Below, piece by piece: positions 52,301 through 64,000 of a stretch of 64,000 nt of DNA; within the stretch, counting starts at the first letter, position 1, and each line of letters begins with the position of its first letter. The notes beneath the pieces were generated by a model that saw only the letters and a list, made by a program, of their open reading frames with translations, searched no databases and had not been told where the DNA came from. Source of the DNA: Antedon mediterranea (Eukaryota > Animalia > Echinodermata); NCBI RefSeq assembly GCF_964355755.1, contig NC_092674.1:3348001-3412000 (forward strand), read 5' to 3'. A program made the position numbers and the translations under genes.

Positions 52301-55300
52301 GGAATCGCGATAAAGCAAGTAGTGCGGAATTACAAAATGCAGCAAAAAAAAATTTCAATAACATTTAAATAGCATATTCATACAATTAAATTTATATTAA
52401 TAAAATTCAACTAAGGATTTTACGAAAGACAGGCTACTTAACAAATACTGCCGAGATCGGTTCCCCCACACGGCGTAGGGTACCGCAGTGCTAAGGGGCC
52501 TAGGTAGGAAAAAATCTGATTTTACCTGTTAAACATGCTTGAACCAAGGCCATTTTAATATATATTATCCAGATTATATATCAAAACAAACTGATAAAAG
52601 GATTTGTTGATTTGCTTCTGATGAGAAAAGTGCCGGATTCATTTCGCTGACGGCGAATGAATACACGAATTTTCGCCATTTTCTAGCACTAGCCTTGGGT
52701 ACCCAGACAGCTGATAACGATTATATTCGATTGTCCAGACGTCTCTGCTACTGGTGCTCAATACTACAGTATGTATTACCATTGACCTATAGGTCCATGG
52801 TATTACTGTACATATAGTACTGTATGTTTAGTTTTTGCTTTCTTTATGGCAAAATAAATATTTAATTTTTATTATTGCTTATTTTGGTTTAACTTTATCC
52901 AAGAAGAAGTAAATATTATTATATATTTGCATATTACAGTCAAGTTGCAACTGCCACGAATCCACTCCACTTTGGTTACTAAATAACTAAATAATTAATA
53001 GTATAACATCATAACTAACAAACAAATTAACAAGTTAATAAATTAACCACCATTAAATAATTTTATTTACAAAAAAGTATTTTACATACAGTATAACATG
53101 TAATATCTTATTTACATCGAAGTAAAATATGCCTATCAAACTATCTTGCTCAGGCTAAAATATCAAGTTATATGTCAATATTTGAGTTAAATCATCGCGA
53201 TAATAAAAATTTTTATTTTTTTTTTATTTTTAAAAGACATCTGTTACGTACATCAATTTACAAATATCAAAATAGGATTGTTTTTGCAGCACAAGATGAA
53301 TCACAAGTCGGATAGTTTATTCTTAGAAACCTGAAAGAAAAAAAAAACACCAATAATGAGCTATTCATAGTTAAATAATTTTAATGTCAAATTTAGTCAT
53401 CCTAAATTTTGTCGCCATGATCACTACTATACACAATACTGTATATATAAATATCATATGTACGACCATCCAAATTACCTCATCCTACCTACAGTCCTTC
53501 CTAGCCTAGGCTACATTATTGTCATATATTTACAAACCTCCAACAGCCACAACGTATTTTCTTTTCTTTGGCAAAGAATTTCCCGTAATATAGTCCTAAA
53601 TTAATTAAATAAATCAAAAGGTCTAGGCCTAGGCCTTTCTTTAAATATCCGACGATATATATCCATAATCCAGTGGATATAGATTCAACATTTTAAACAT
53701 AATAATAATATGGCTTTACATTGATTATAATAAGTCGGCGATATGCCACTAAAAACTAGCCTGCGGCCCTCTCTATCCGCCTACAAATAGCACTGGGTTT
53801 CCGTCAAATGGGCTAGGCCTAGCCTAGGCCTAGATAATACTAGTACTACAAGTTGGGTACATTTTTTTACGACCAAATAATCTACAATTATATTGCAATA
53901 TTTACCAAACTAGCACCAAATCCAAAATAATAAAGCTACTAATAACATATTTTGGTATATTAACTGGTTTAAAAACGGATTGCACATAGTGATTTTGAAG
54001 GATTGAAATTACTCAACCACACGGCCTGTACTAAACATACGAATCCAAGATGGAGTCTGCTTAGAATATATCCCCAGCTTTGAACGGATATTGAATCCGT
54101 CCCACAAGCTGAACCAAGCTTAAACTTTCAGAAAAGATAGATTAATAACCTAATAACCAACCACTAAGTTTTTATAAAGGTTCCGTGCTGATGAGAAAAG
54201 TGCCGGATTCCCTACGAAACCAAACAAATAAATCATGTAGCCTACCTCAACGAACACCTCCATCTGCACTTTTTTCTTCAATAAGCTCTGTCGTCATTTC
54301 CTGGGCTATTTATACCAAAATTTTGTGGCGGGAATAATCTTCCATATTAGGAGTAACAATTTCCAAATATAGAAAGATATAATTTAACCCGGATGGTGGA
54401 AATTGCAGCAGATTTGTAAGGGTATTCCCATGCAAAATGCTTGCCGCGAAGTGAAAAGCGAACCGGAAGTCACTATAACTTGGCGATGCTCAGTGACCTG
54501 CGCAGTTAAAAAACAGCGTTTTAACGGTTAAATGAGCACTTTGCTGCTCGACTGTATATATGCACATAGAGTATCACGGTGTGACGTCACAACGATACAG
54601 GGCGCTGCATGGTTGCTAGCCAACCAAAAAATTCGTTCAGCCCTACTATGTTGATAAACAGTGAGGATCTCTATTTATATCAAATTATGTTTCTTAGCTT
54701 GATTTTTTTTAACTTAAACTGTAGTTGAAGAATAAATAGATTGTTAAAAACAAATATTTAGTGATATTTTGAAATTTTAGTTTGTTTTTATTAAAAATGT
54801 TTTAAAATGACTACTCCAAACCATTGGTGATCTTGGAGTCACTCAGGCAGACTGAACGCATTTTTGGTTGCGCTAGCAACCACGCAGCGCCACTTACCGT
54901 CGTGACGTCAGCACCGTGATACTCTATAAGCACCTAAGCTAAACCAATAAATAAATTAAATATTAATTATATTATTTATATATTATATTATCAAAAATTA
55001 AACATCAGCCATGTCATTTTCCCTTTCCATTTCTAATTGCTTAAATTAATATCTCGGCTATTTACATACAATACAAGGCAACCTAATATATTGACTCAAT
55101 GTTTAAATTGTTTATTCAGAAAACATAATCTTTCTCGTGATGGATTTTTAAACATATTTCTTCATATTGATCCTAATATCAATTCATCTTCATCGAAATT
55201 TGCATCTGTGGATAAATGATAAATAAACTGTATATAAAAACAAGATTAAAATATTAACAGCATTGATATGTATGTAAAATGTTAACAAAATATTGTTATT

Positions 55301-58300
55301 TATTCATAAAACAAATATTGAATGACTTATACTGGTAAGCATATCATAGGCTGCATAATATCTCTATGGTTGCATTTGCATAAGTTAATTATTTACACAG
55401 CATAGAGTGTCCGTAGTATGTAATGGATTGTACTTTCTAACAGTTAACAGAAGATAATTAAACTAAATATTGCTGGTTGATGGTAGACATTGCAATAACA
55501 CTGTTTGTATATATTGTGTTAAAACTGTGTAAAACATTCTCACTCCTGAGGACAATCAAAGCATATTGATCGAAACTTCAAGAAACCTAACAGTTCTTTT
55601 CAGAACTAATGTATGTGGTGTACCGCAAACTTTATATCAACATAGGATTTCGCCATTCAAGCCTTCAAACAATATAAAACTATGTACTTTGAAGATCAGT
55701 GCACTAGTACTGAAAGTGCCTGCAGAATAAAGAAAGAATAAATAAATAAATAAATAAATGTCTAAAAAAACTAATTTCACTCAATATTCTTGATTTGTGC
55801 AGTCCTACGTCGGTCTTTGTCTAGACTTAGAAACCAGTAAAAGAGAGTAAAGCTCTGTCTACACTATTTTGACCAAAAAAAATTGTCATTACCATACCAT
55901 TAATTAAAAATCATAACTCTTTGTTTTGTTAATTTTTATTGAATAATAATAAATTCATAACAAAAATCTTGAAAGTTGTTGTTTGCGTAGCATTCAATCA
56001 ACTGTATGAAGCACACTATATATACGATATAATATAAGTCGACCATTATTATTAAAATGTATTATTAATGACTTCGAAAAGGCGGGCAAAATTATACTCG
56101 GCCAGGACTATGAGAGTTATGATGCTGCCTGTACTCGACTTAAAATCACTGGTCTTGCTAAACATAGAGAAAAATTAATATTAAAATTTGGAGAAGCCTG
56201 AATCCTTAAGTCAGAGATACATCGTGATGTGTTGCTGCTTAAAGAGATCTAGATTACGTAACCCCAATAAGCACTAATAGAAACTCAGCTATTCCATATT
56301 AATATTTAAAAACTGAATGCCTCTTGTTAATAATTGTGTAATATGACCACCTATGAAACGTTAAAAATAATCAATTGAAGAGCAGTGCCAATAACTTTAA
56401 GTTATTTATATAGTATTATATTTTATTATTCCCATTTTAATTGTATTTTTCAAAGTTGTTTTGTAATATAGTTAATATAGTATGTGTTTTGTCACAGTGG
56501 ATATGTGCATTACTGTATATAGATTATTTTATTTTTTAGATGGTGAAATTACAAGAGTTATTCAAAACGTTTTACCTTAGCAAACACAGCGGACGCAAGT
56601 TACAATGGCAACCAAACCTAGTTCATTGCGTCATGAAAGCCTCCTTTAAAAAGGTATTACAGTCAACTCTCCCAATACCTTTGGGCTAACCGAATATGTC
56701 TGGTTTTCCGGAAAGTCTGGTATTCAGAATGTGTATTTAATGGTAAAAATGAATTTGGGACCTTTTGGACCTCAAGAAAAAAGTCTGGTTTTGGGAGAGT
56801 TTTCAGAGAGTCTGGTATTGGGAGAGTTGATTGTATAATATTAAAAAATGTATTGTCCCCCAAAATATGAAAAATAAAGATGAGTAAAATCCAATTTTGA
56901 ATAGGCCATTTTTTAGATTTAATCAAGTTATTCAATTCTTAGCCGATTCCCTGTTTAATTGTAATAACTATATGAAAAATTAATTGATTATTTTTTTATA
57001 TGAAATGTTTGCTGTTATTCGGTCATGTGCTGTCATAATTTATTTTGTATTTATGTTTTTTTTCTTTTCCTTAGAGTATGAGAGAACTCAGCGTATCATC
57101 ATTATTCCAAACTCTTGTATTACTTATGTTTAATGACAGTACAGAGTGCACATTAGAAGACATTAAACAGGCAACAGGAATTGGTAAGCTTGTATGGTGA
57201 CTTGGTTGTGAAGTGCCTGCCTTCCAATCCTATGGTCCGGGGTTCAATCCTGATCTAGCTCCAATGTTGTAACGTACTCTTTTAACTCGACTGCTTCAGC
57301 CTCAAATGAGACTAAAGTTCTGTCTACACTATCAAAGAAAATGTGATGTGCCCAATATGGTAGTGATATGACATCGTCGTGTCCATATTTGGGCACATCA
57401 ATTTTTTTTTTTCACATTAAGTTCAATAGTGTAGACAGAGCTTTTGTTTATAATTAAATTATAGTTTATCTATCCTATCCTATTTTTTTTTTTATTTCTT
57501 GTTGTTGGATGTGTTTAAAAAAAAATTTGTAATTATAAAGAATTCCTAAATTTATAAAATTCCTCACCTAAAATAGGCTAGAAAATCATTTTTAGGCTAG
57601 TATACACAGCTAAATGTTTACAGGATTTTTTTATAATTTTTTTCAGAGGATAGTGAGCTCCGAAGAACACTTCAGTCTCTTGCTTGCGGCAAGGCTCGGG
57701 TGATACTTAAAACTCCCAAGGTAAGGATTCAATTTAACAGTGTTAACATTTTTAAATACGTTTTTCATTCTTCTAAAAATTGTAATTTTATTTTTATTTT
57801 ATTTTAGAGTAAAGATGTGTTTGATGGTGATAAGTTTGTTTACAATACTCCCGACAGTTTCTGTCCCATTTTACGATCTCTAAAGACTAGAATATTGATT
57901 AATAGATTTTTGATTGATATAATTGATTGATAGATTATTGGTTGATTGATTGATTATTGATTTATTGATAGATTGAGGAGCAAGTGAATACACAGGAACG
58001 CGTCTTCCAAGACCGACAGTATCAAATTGATGCAGCAATTGTGCGCATCATGAAGATGAGGAAGAAGCTAAGTCACGCACTATTGGTCTCAGAGCTCTAT
58101 AACCAGTTGAAGTTTCCAGTAAAGGTAAGTGCTGTTTTTGTCACTTTTTATTCCCAGTGTGCAGATGTTTGTTTGTTTATGGTTGATTACTACACAACCA
58201 ATCATATTCTTTATATTTTGCTTCACTTTTTTTGTTTTGCCTTTATTTTTTATATACATTTCATTTTTTATGTGCTTTTAATTTTTCATAAGGAGGCACT

Positions 58301-59370
58301 TGCATCATTCCTTTTCAGTTTCAATTCCACGTATTCCTAAATAATTAAAATAAATAAGATAAATAATTCATTCAAATCATTTTGTATCTTTATTTTGGAC
58401 TTTAAATTCATAGAAAACAGCACATAAATAACAAAAGTCAATCCACAAATTAGACATGAGTTTAACTTAACTTGACAACAAAAGCTCTTTCATTTTTTAA
58501 CCTAACCTAATATTTTGTACGAAGCTATATAAAAATGTTCTCGTAAATTTGGTAAATAAAGAGTACATTAAATTTTAGATGAGTGAAATTTATTACAGAT
58601 TTTAAATATAGAAGTGATTGTTAAGCTCTGCTACAAAATGTATTGTGCCCAAATATGGTAGTGATATGACATCATCATGTCCATATATGAGCACATCACA
58701 TTTTGTTGTCACAAAGTTAGATAGTGTAGACAGAGCTTAACTCGGCAAGTTTTCACGATTGGAGCATGCATCCTTACATGTTGCTTTTTCTGCTTGCTTA
58801 GTACCTACTTGCTTATATATGTTTGTAGTACTATGATGAATAAAGTATTTTTTTCTTTTGTGTGCTTGTGTTTTTTCTTCATTTTCTGACAGCAACCTTA
58901 ATCAATGCTTGGAGATCTAACATAAAATAAATAAGGAAAATAATAATTGTAGTAGTAGTAATGGGTTGCATATGTAAGCTAGGTTGTGAATATGGTTATA
59001 TTATATGGTCATCATAGTGTCATATGATGTCCCATCATGTCTAGGAGGGTCGCGTCACTTATGGTCGCAACCTCCCCTGTAGGATTACATATCCTGTAGG
59101 ATTACATGTCCTGTAGAATCACATGTCCTGTAGGATTACATGTCCTGTAACCCAACAATTTCTAATTTAAATTTAAAAAAATATTATTAAATATTAGCAT
59201 GAATCAAACTAAATATAGGTAGATTTCACTAATTAACCTGATTTTACCCAGAATGCATTTGTTTTTATTCGCAGCCAACAGATTTGAAGAAACGAATAGA
59301 AAGCTTGATAGAGCGCGATTACATGGAACGAGATAAGGACAGTTCCAATCAGTACCATTACGTAGCATAG
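49344..59370 (+). pseudogene. CUL4: cullin-4 3' half, unit 2 copy
   Basis: Same exons and the same broken exon as unit 1. One coding difference seen (FNES versus FNDS at ~57137). Confidence 0.9.
52233..54554. mobile_element. 2322-bp non-autonomous DNA transposon, unit-2-specific, 18-bp TIR, inserted in a TA run
   Basis: tata|cagtcgggcagcaaagtg...cactttgctgctcgactg|tatata. Empty site ttc-tatata-tgc at 25199-25210. No ORF of 60 aa or more in the track. Confidence 0.92.
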
Positions 59371-61405
59371 ACAATTATATACAAATTCACACAGCAAATA
59401 AATAAGATTGTGTGTGTTCTATGGCAGTTGAAGGAAGGTTGCTGTGGATGTGGGATGACTAAAGCTCTGTCCACACTATCAAACTAGTGTGATGTGCCCA
59501 AATATGGTAGTGATATGCCAAAATATGATAGTGATATGATGTCATCGTCTCCATGTATGGGCACATAACATTTTGTTGTCATTATAAAGTTTGAATGTGT
59601 AGACAGAGCTTAATCGTACAGAGACAATAATCATTATTATATACATATGTATGCTTACACATCGATGTGGTCATGGCTTCTGCTTGTTTCCACTTGGATG
59701 CAACGCAATGACTTAAAGAGCACCACAAGTAATCATCCAATCTAGCGCTTGTGATAGGTCAACAGTGCCCATATATGGACTTGATGTCATACCCATACCA
59801 TATTTAGGCACATCACACTTTTTTTTGTCAAACTAGTTTGACAGTGTAGACAAGGCTTAAGCATTCACAGATTATCATGAAATCATCAGGTGATTGGTAA
59901 CATTGTTGCATCATACCATCCAAAGGTCATCCATGTGGTTGGAACGGTGACCTGATTATGTTTAATATCACAAAAACTTGACCGCTGTGTATTTTCTGGA
60001 CAATTTCGTCCTTCTACGGCTGCTGTGAAATACTTTGATATTATTTGCTTCTTTGGTATTTAAGAATTTCTGTGACAACTTATCCAATTATAAATGTATT
60101 TTTTTGTTTATCCGTAATCAAAATGGCGCTCGAATAGCCTTAAGTTGTGTTTACATTAAGCCTGGATTTGGTTCCATGGCAGGAGTATGAAATGCGTTAG
60201 TGTGAACAGATGTATTATAAAGCTTGATTCCTACTATGACTCAACGCAGTGAAGATATTTAGAGCACTCAAAAGCGAACAACAACCGGTTACGTCATTGT
60301 GTTGCTCACTTCTGATTGGTCAAATTACCTACGTTGCAGGTTACGTCATTCTTTTGCTTGCTTCTGATTGGTCAAATTACCGACGTAGCCGGTTACGTCA
60401 TTGTGTTTCTCACTTCTGATTGGTCAAATTACCTACGTTGCGGGTTACGTCATTGTGTTGCTCGCTTCTGATTGGTCAAATTACCTTCGTTGCGGGTTAC
60501 GTCATTGTGTTGCGCCTCGGTGAGAACCACAATTTGTCACAATTCTTTATCTGGCCACTGTATCGGAATTTGAACTCACTGTGTGAATGCAGCTTTATGA
60601 CGGTATTGCCATAATGATTATGGAAAGTACTTGCACGTGTAAACGACGCATAACGGTATATGATAAGAAAGAATGTACCTTGTAATAAATGCGCTTTTAT
60701 AAATGCTTGTTATTATTTATTACTAGGGATCACCAAGATTGGAGGGATTGGGGTGGGTGTGGGCTTGTAGTGCGAACAGTGCAGGATCTGGACAAGCTTT
60801 TCGGTACTTTCTAGTACTACTGTAAAACGTATGACATAAACTTTAATACCGTATGCGATTTGTCTAATCTCAAAGAACCATAGGCCCAATCATACATTTA
60901 GTGCCGAGACCTTTTTCAATTATTAAGTAATTGTTATGTAACCACCGCCATCATGTCACTTATACTTCTTAAGTTCTAGGAAGCTGTCGATTCGCGACGA
61001 ATATGGGGTTAGGGTTAACTACAATACGCATAATGGGTTGTCGGTCGTCGCCTGAACCTAGAAACCGCCACACAACTGAGTGTCGTCGAGGAATGGCGTA
61101 ATGCCTGGTTTCCACTAGAGACGCGACACAACGAAGTAAAGGGATTTGACCAATCACAAGAGATGGAGTTATTCGACCGTCGCTTGTCATTGGTCAACTC
61201 GTTTGCGTTGCGTCTACGTCCTTGCGTTGCGTTCTAGTGGGAACCAAACTTTAGGAAGCGCTTATGCCTACCAACGTCCCTGCATGCGCACAATGAATTA
61301 GCTCGACTTTACTTGCTTGTCAGTCGTCGCAAATCGAAAGCTTTCTACTGGCACCACCACGGCGATCCATACACTATGGCTTTCTTAGTTTCTTACTTAC
61401 CCGGG

Positions 61406-64000
61406 TGGTGAGTTGGATTTGCTAACTTTGGTGGGCGGGTCACAAACTTACTCGGGTACGATAAATAAGTCTGACGGGGTTACATGTTAACAACTCTCTG
61501 ATTAAACTAACATTTACACTAATCATAATTTGGTTTGCGCCTTATAATCATTGTTTAACAGGTTTAACGTTTTTTTGTTTTACCAATTAAAGGCAACGGC
61601 GGGTTTTAAATTGGATTTAGACGTATACTTCACATGTTCCAGAGTGTAGATATTGTTTATATATTGGGTTCAATAACTGGTGTAGCTAATTAACAATGTA
61701 TAACAATATTCAATAATTAGCCAATGAATAAGATTAACTAGAACTAATAAAAATCTGTGTAAAAAAGTGACTTCGGAAATGTACTGAATATTGTAGCCTT
61801 TATTTTAGTATTACATTTCAGAAAACGAAAAAAACTAAAAAATTTGTTCACGACGTCGTACGTACGTTTCTCGGAGAATAATTATAGATATTTGTGTGTT
61901 GGTTTTTCATGAAAATTGTTAAATATTATAGCAATACTGATAAAGCTTGAACGCAACGCAAGGACGTAAACGCAACGCAAGCGTTTTAACCAATGACAAG
62001 CCAAGTTATAGACAGTTAGCAATCACAAGCGAATAAGCCATCGCTTGTGATTGGTCAATTCACTTGCGTTGCGTTACGTCCCTGTGTTGCGTCGCTAGTG
62101 GGAACCACGCTTTATATTCCGGTACTGCGTTTTGTATTACGTATGTAGTCAAAATCTCAGTACTGCATAATATTACTAAATGATAAGTGTTGTTACGTTA
62201 AATCAAGCAGTGGTGGAGGTTTGACGCCAGAGAGAGTTGTTGGGTACACCAGAGAGAGTTTTTGGGTGTCAGAGAGAGTTGTTGGGTGTCAGGGAGAGAG
62301 AGTTGTTGGGTACCAGAGAGAGTTGTTGGATGAGGGAGTTGTTGGGTGCCATATTGCACTAAGCCAAACGTTGTGGCACCTTTTAATTCCCCTCTATCCA
62401 TTTTATTTTATTAATTTTAGCAACATTAAAACAATACAAAACTTGAGTGTGCCAAGGAGTGGCAAAAGAGGTCAAAGGACCACTGTCGCCATAAGGCAGC
62501 ACTCAAAGCATACATACATAAAACAATGTAAATATGTAATATTAATACCATAATTGTATACATTAAAGAGGCATAGTGTTTTTAAAGTGGTCCATTAACA
62601 TGTTTTTAAATTGTACCCAACTTCCGCATACAAAGGCGTCTTTAATATTGACCGGTATTGAATTCCACAAACAAATAAATCTGGTTGGGATACAATGCTT
62701 TCCACTATCAGTTTTGGATGCAAGGTGTTTAAAAGTTAGAACATCCAAATGCCTACAATTGATAGTCAACATATTTAAAATAAAACTATTCTATTCTGTA
62801 ATTTATATAATATATTTGTAACAAAAATAACGGTAAAATAATCTCGATTTGATTCAGCTGTCATCAAATTCAGTCTAGTTAATCGGTCAGAATATGGCTG
62901 ATCTAAGATTCGTTGATGAAGGATAAATCGACTTGCCATTCTTTGAATTTTCTCTATCTTATTAATATGACATTGACGATAAGGATACCAAACAGGGGAG
63001 CAATATTGGATATGGGGAAGAACAAGACATTTATAAAGTTTAAGTAAAACAGATGTAGAACAACCTGTGGCAATTAGGCCTAATATAGCCAATAGCTGAA
63101 TGCGGGATGATTCAGGTGTGACGGGTCGAATCGGCCCACTTTTTAGGCCGATATAATGTCTGACTAAGAGTGGCTTCTAATTTCATTAGACTCTCGGTAG
63201 GTTTTTATGATATAAAATATTGTAAAGTACATTACATTCTAACATTTTGAATGTTTTGTTATTTTGGGAGGATTTTTAATTGTTCGCGCTTTACTTTTAT
63301 GTAATTTATTTTCAAGAAGGAGTGTAGAAGTCTAAGTACAAACAAAGAGGGTTGCAATCATATTTACTTCTTTCTAATTAGACCTACAACACCAGAAAAC
63401 ATGGTGTTGTTCATCTTAAAAACAAACCATTAAACATTCTTACCACCACAAATCAAGACATTCAATTGAACAACAGGAGAAATGATATAACATACTTTTG
63501 TAAGCTTTTACAAAACATGACAATTTACCAGACGACTATGAAATGCAGGATTAAGTCCTATTCCAAACTTGAGGACGGAAAATAACTGATATGAAATAAT
63601 AATCATCAATAAGCGTCTATTATTTCGATATATTTACACGAACAAAACAAGAACAAAGATACCGATGTATATTAAAAATCAATATCAACGAGATTCTGTT
63701 CTGCTAGTTGCTATTGTGTAGTGTGACTGCTAATAAATATTCATTAAAATTAGGATAAAATTGCTGGTGGTAGACAACATTAATTATTTCAATAATGCGG
63801 TACTTTTTTTCTGTTGTTTCACAGTTTCATGTACCTTTTTCACTGAAACGCACCGAATCAATAACAATAATAGTCTATTAGGTCTTGGTCAGGTGTGAAA
63901 AGCCCTTAACTGTACGCGCCGCATGTGACGTGATCCTTAGCCTGACCGTAGCAGGTGTGAAAGGCCCCTTAACTGTACACGCCGCATGTTACGCGAATCT
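61406..64000. repeat. 27-kb tandem segmental duplication, start of unit 3 (runs off window)
   Basis: Matches 33800 onward with offset 27606. Confidence 0.93.
62401..63093 (-). mobile_element. CR1/L2-group LINE fragment, unit 3 copy
   Basis: Same ORFs as 7770-8462. Confidence 0.85.

Larger units (their letters stand above)
33800..61405. repeat. 27-kb tandem segmental duplication, unit 2 (27,606 bp)
   Basis: Collinear with unit 1. Length difference is explained mainly by two unit-specific transposons. Confidence 0.96.

Noticed and set aside
54178-54222. hammerhead ribozyme (ctgatga...gaaac)
   Set aside because: The intervening sequence cannot form stem II and there is no room for stem I.

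Overview
AT-rich, intron-containing animal (invertebrate) genomic DNA holding a multicopper-oxidase (laccase-like) gene cluster that is being amplified at two scales. (1) 1-5769 is laccase paralog A with an internal ~2.92-kb tandem duplication; the first copy is frameshifted and the second is open from exon 3 to the stop. (2) A ~27-kb head-to-tail array (units ~6775-33799, 33800-61405, 61406->64000). Each full unit carries a deleted and frameshifted laccase pseudogene (C), an intact 8-exon 626-aa laccase (B) and the 3' half of a cullin-4 gene with a broken exon. The two full units are almost identical but each has its own private DNA-transposon insertion. The rest is MITEs, LINE/SINE fragments and minisatellites. 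The strongest signals are: paralogs near-identical in copper-binding scaffold sequence but highly divergent in probable substrate-pocket loops; a Leu versus Met difference at the T1-copper axial position; and co-amplification of an N-terminally truncated CUL4. Exon models were built by eye from GT-AG sites and phase arithmetic. No expression evidence is available, and most short ORFs in the track are non-coding noise.
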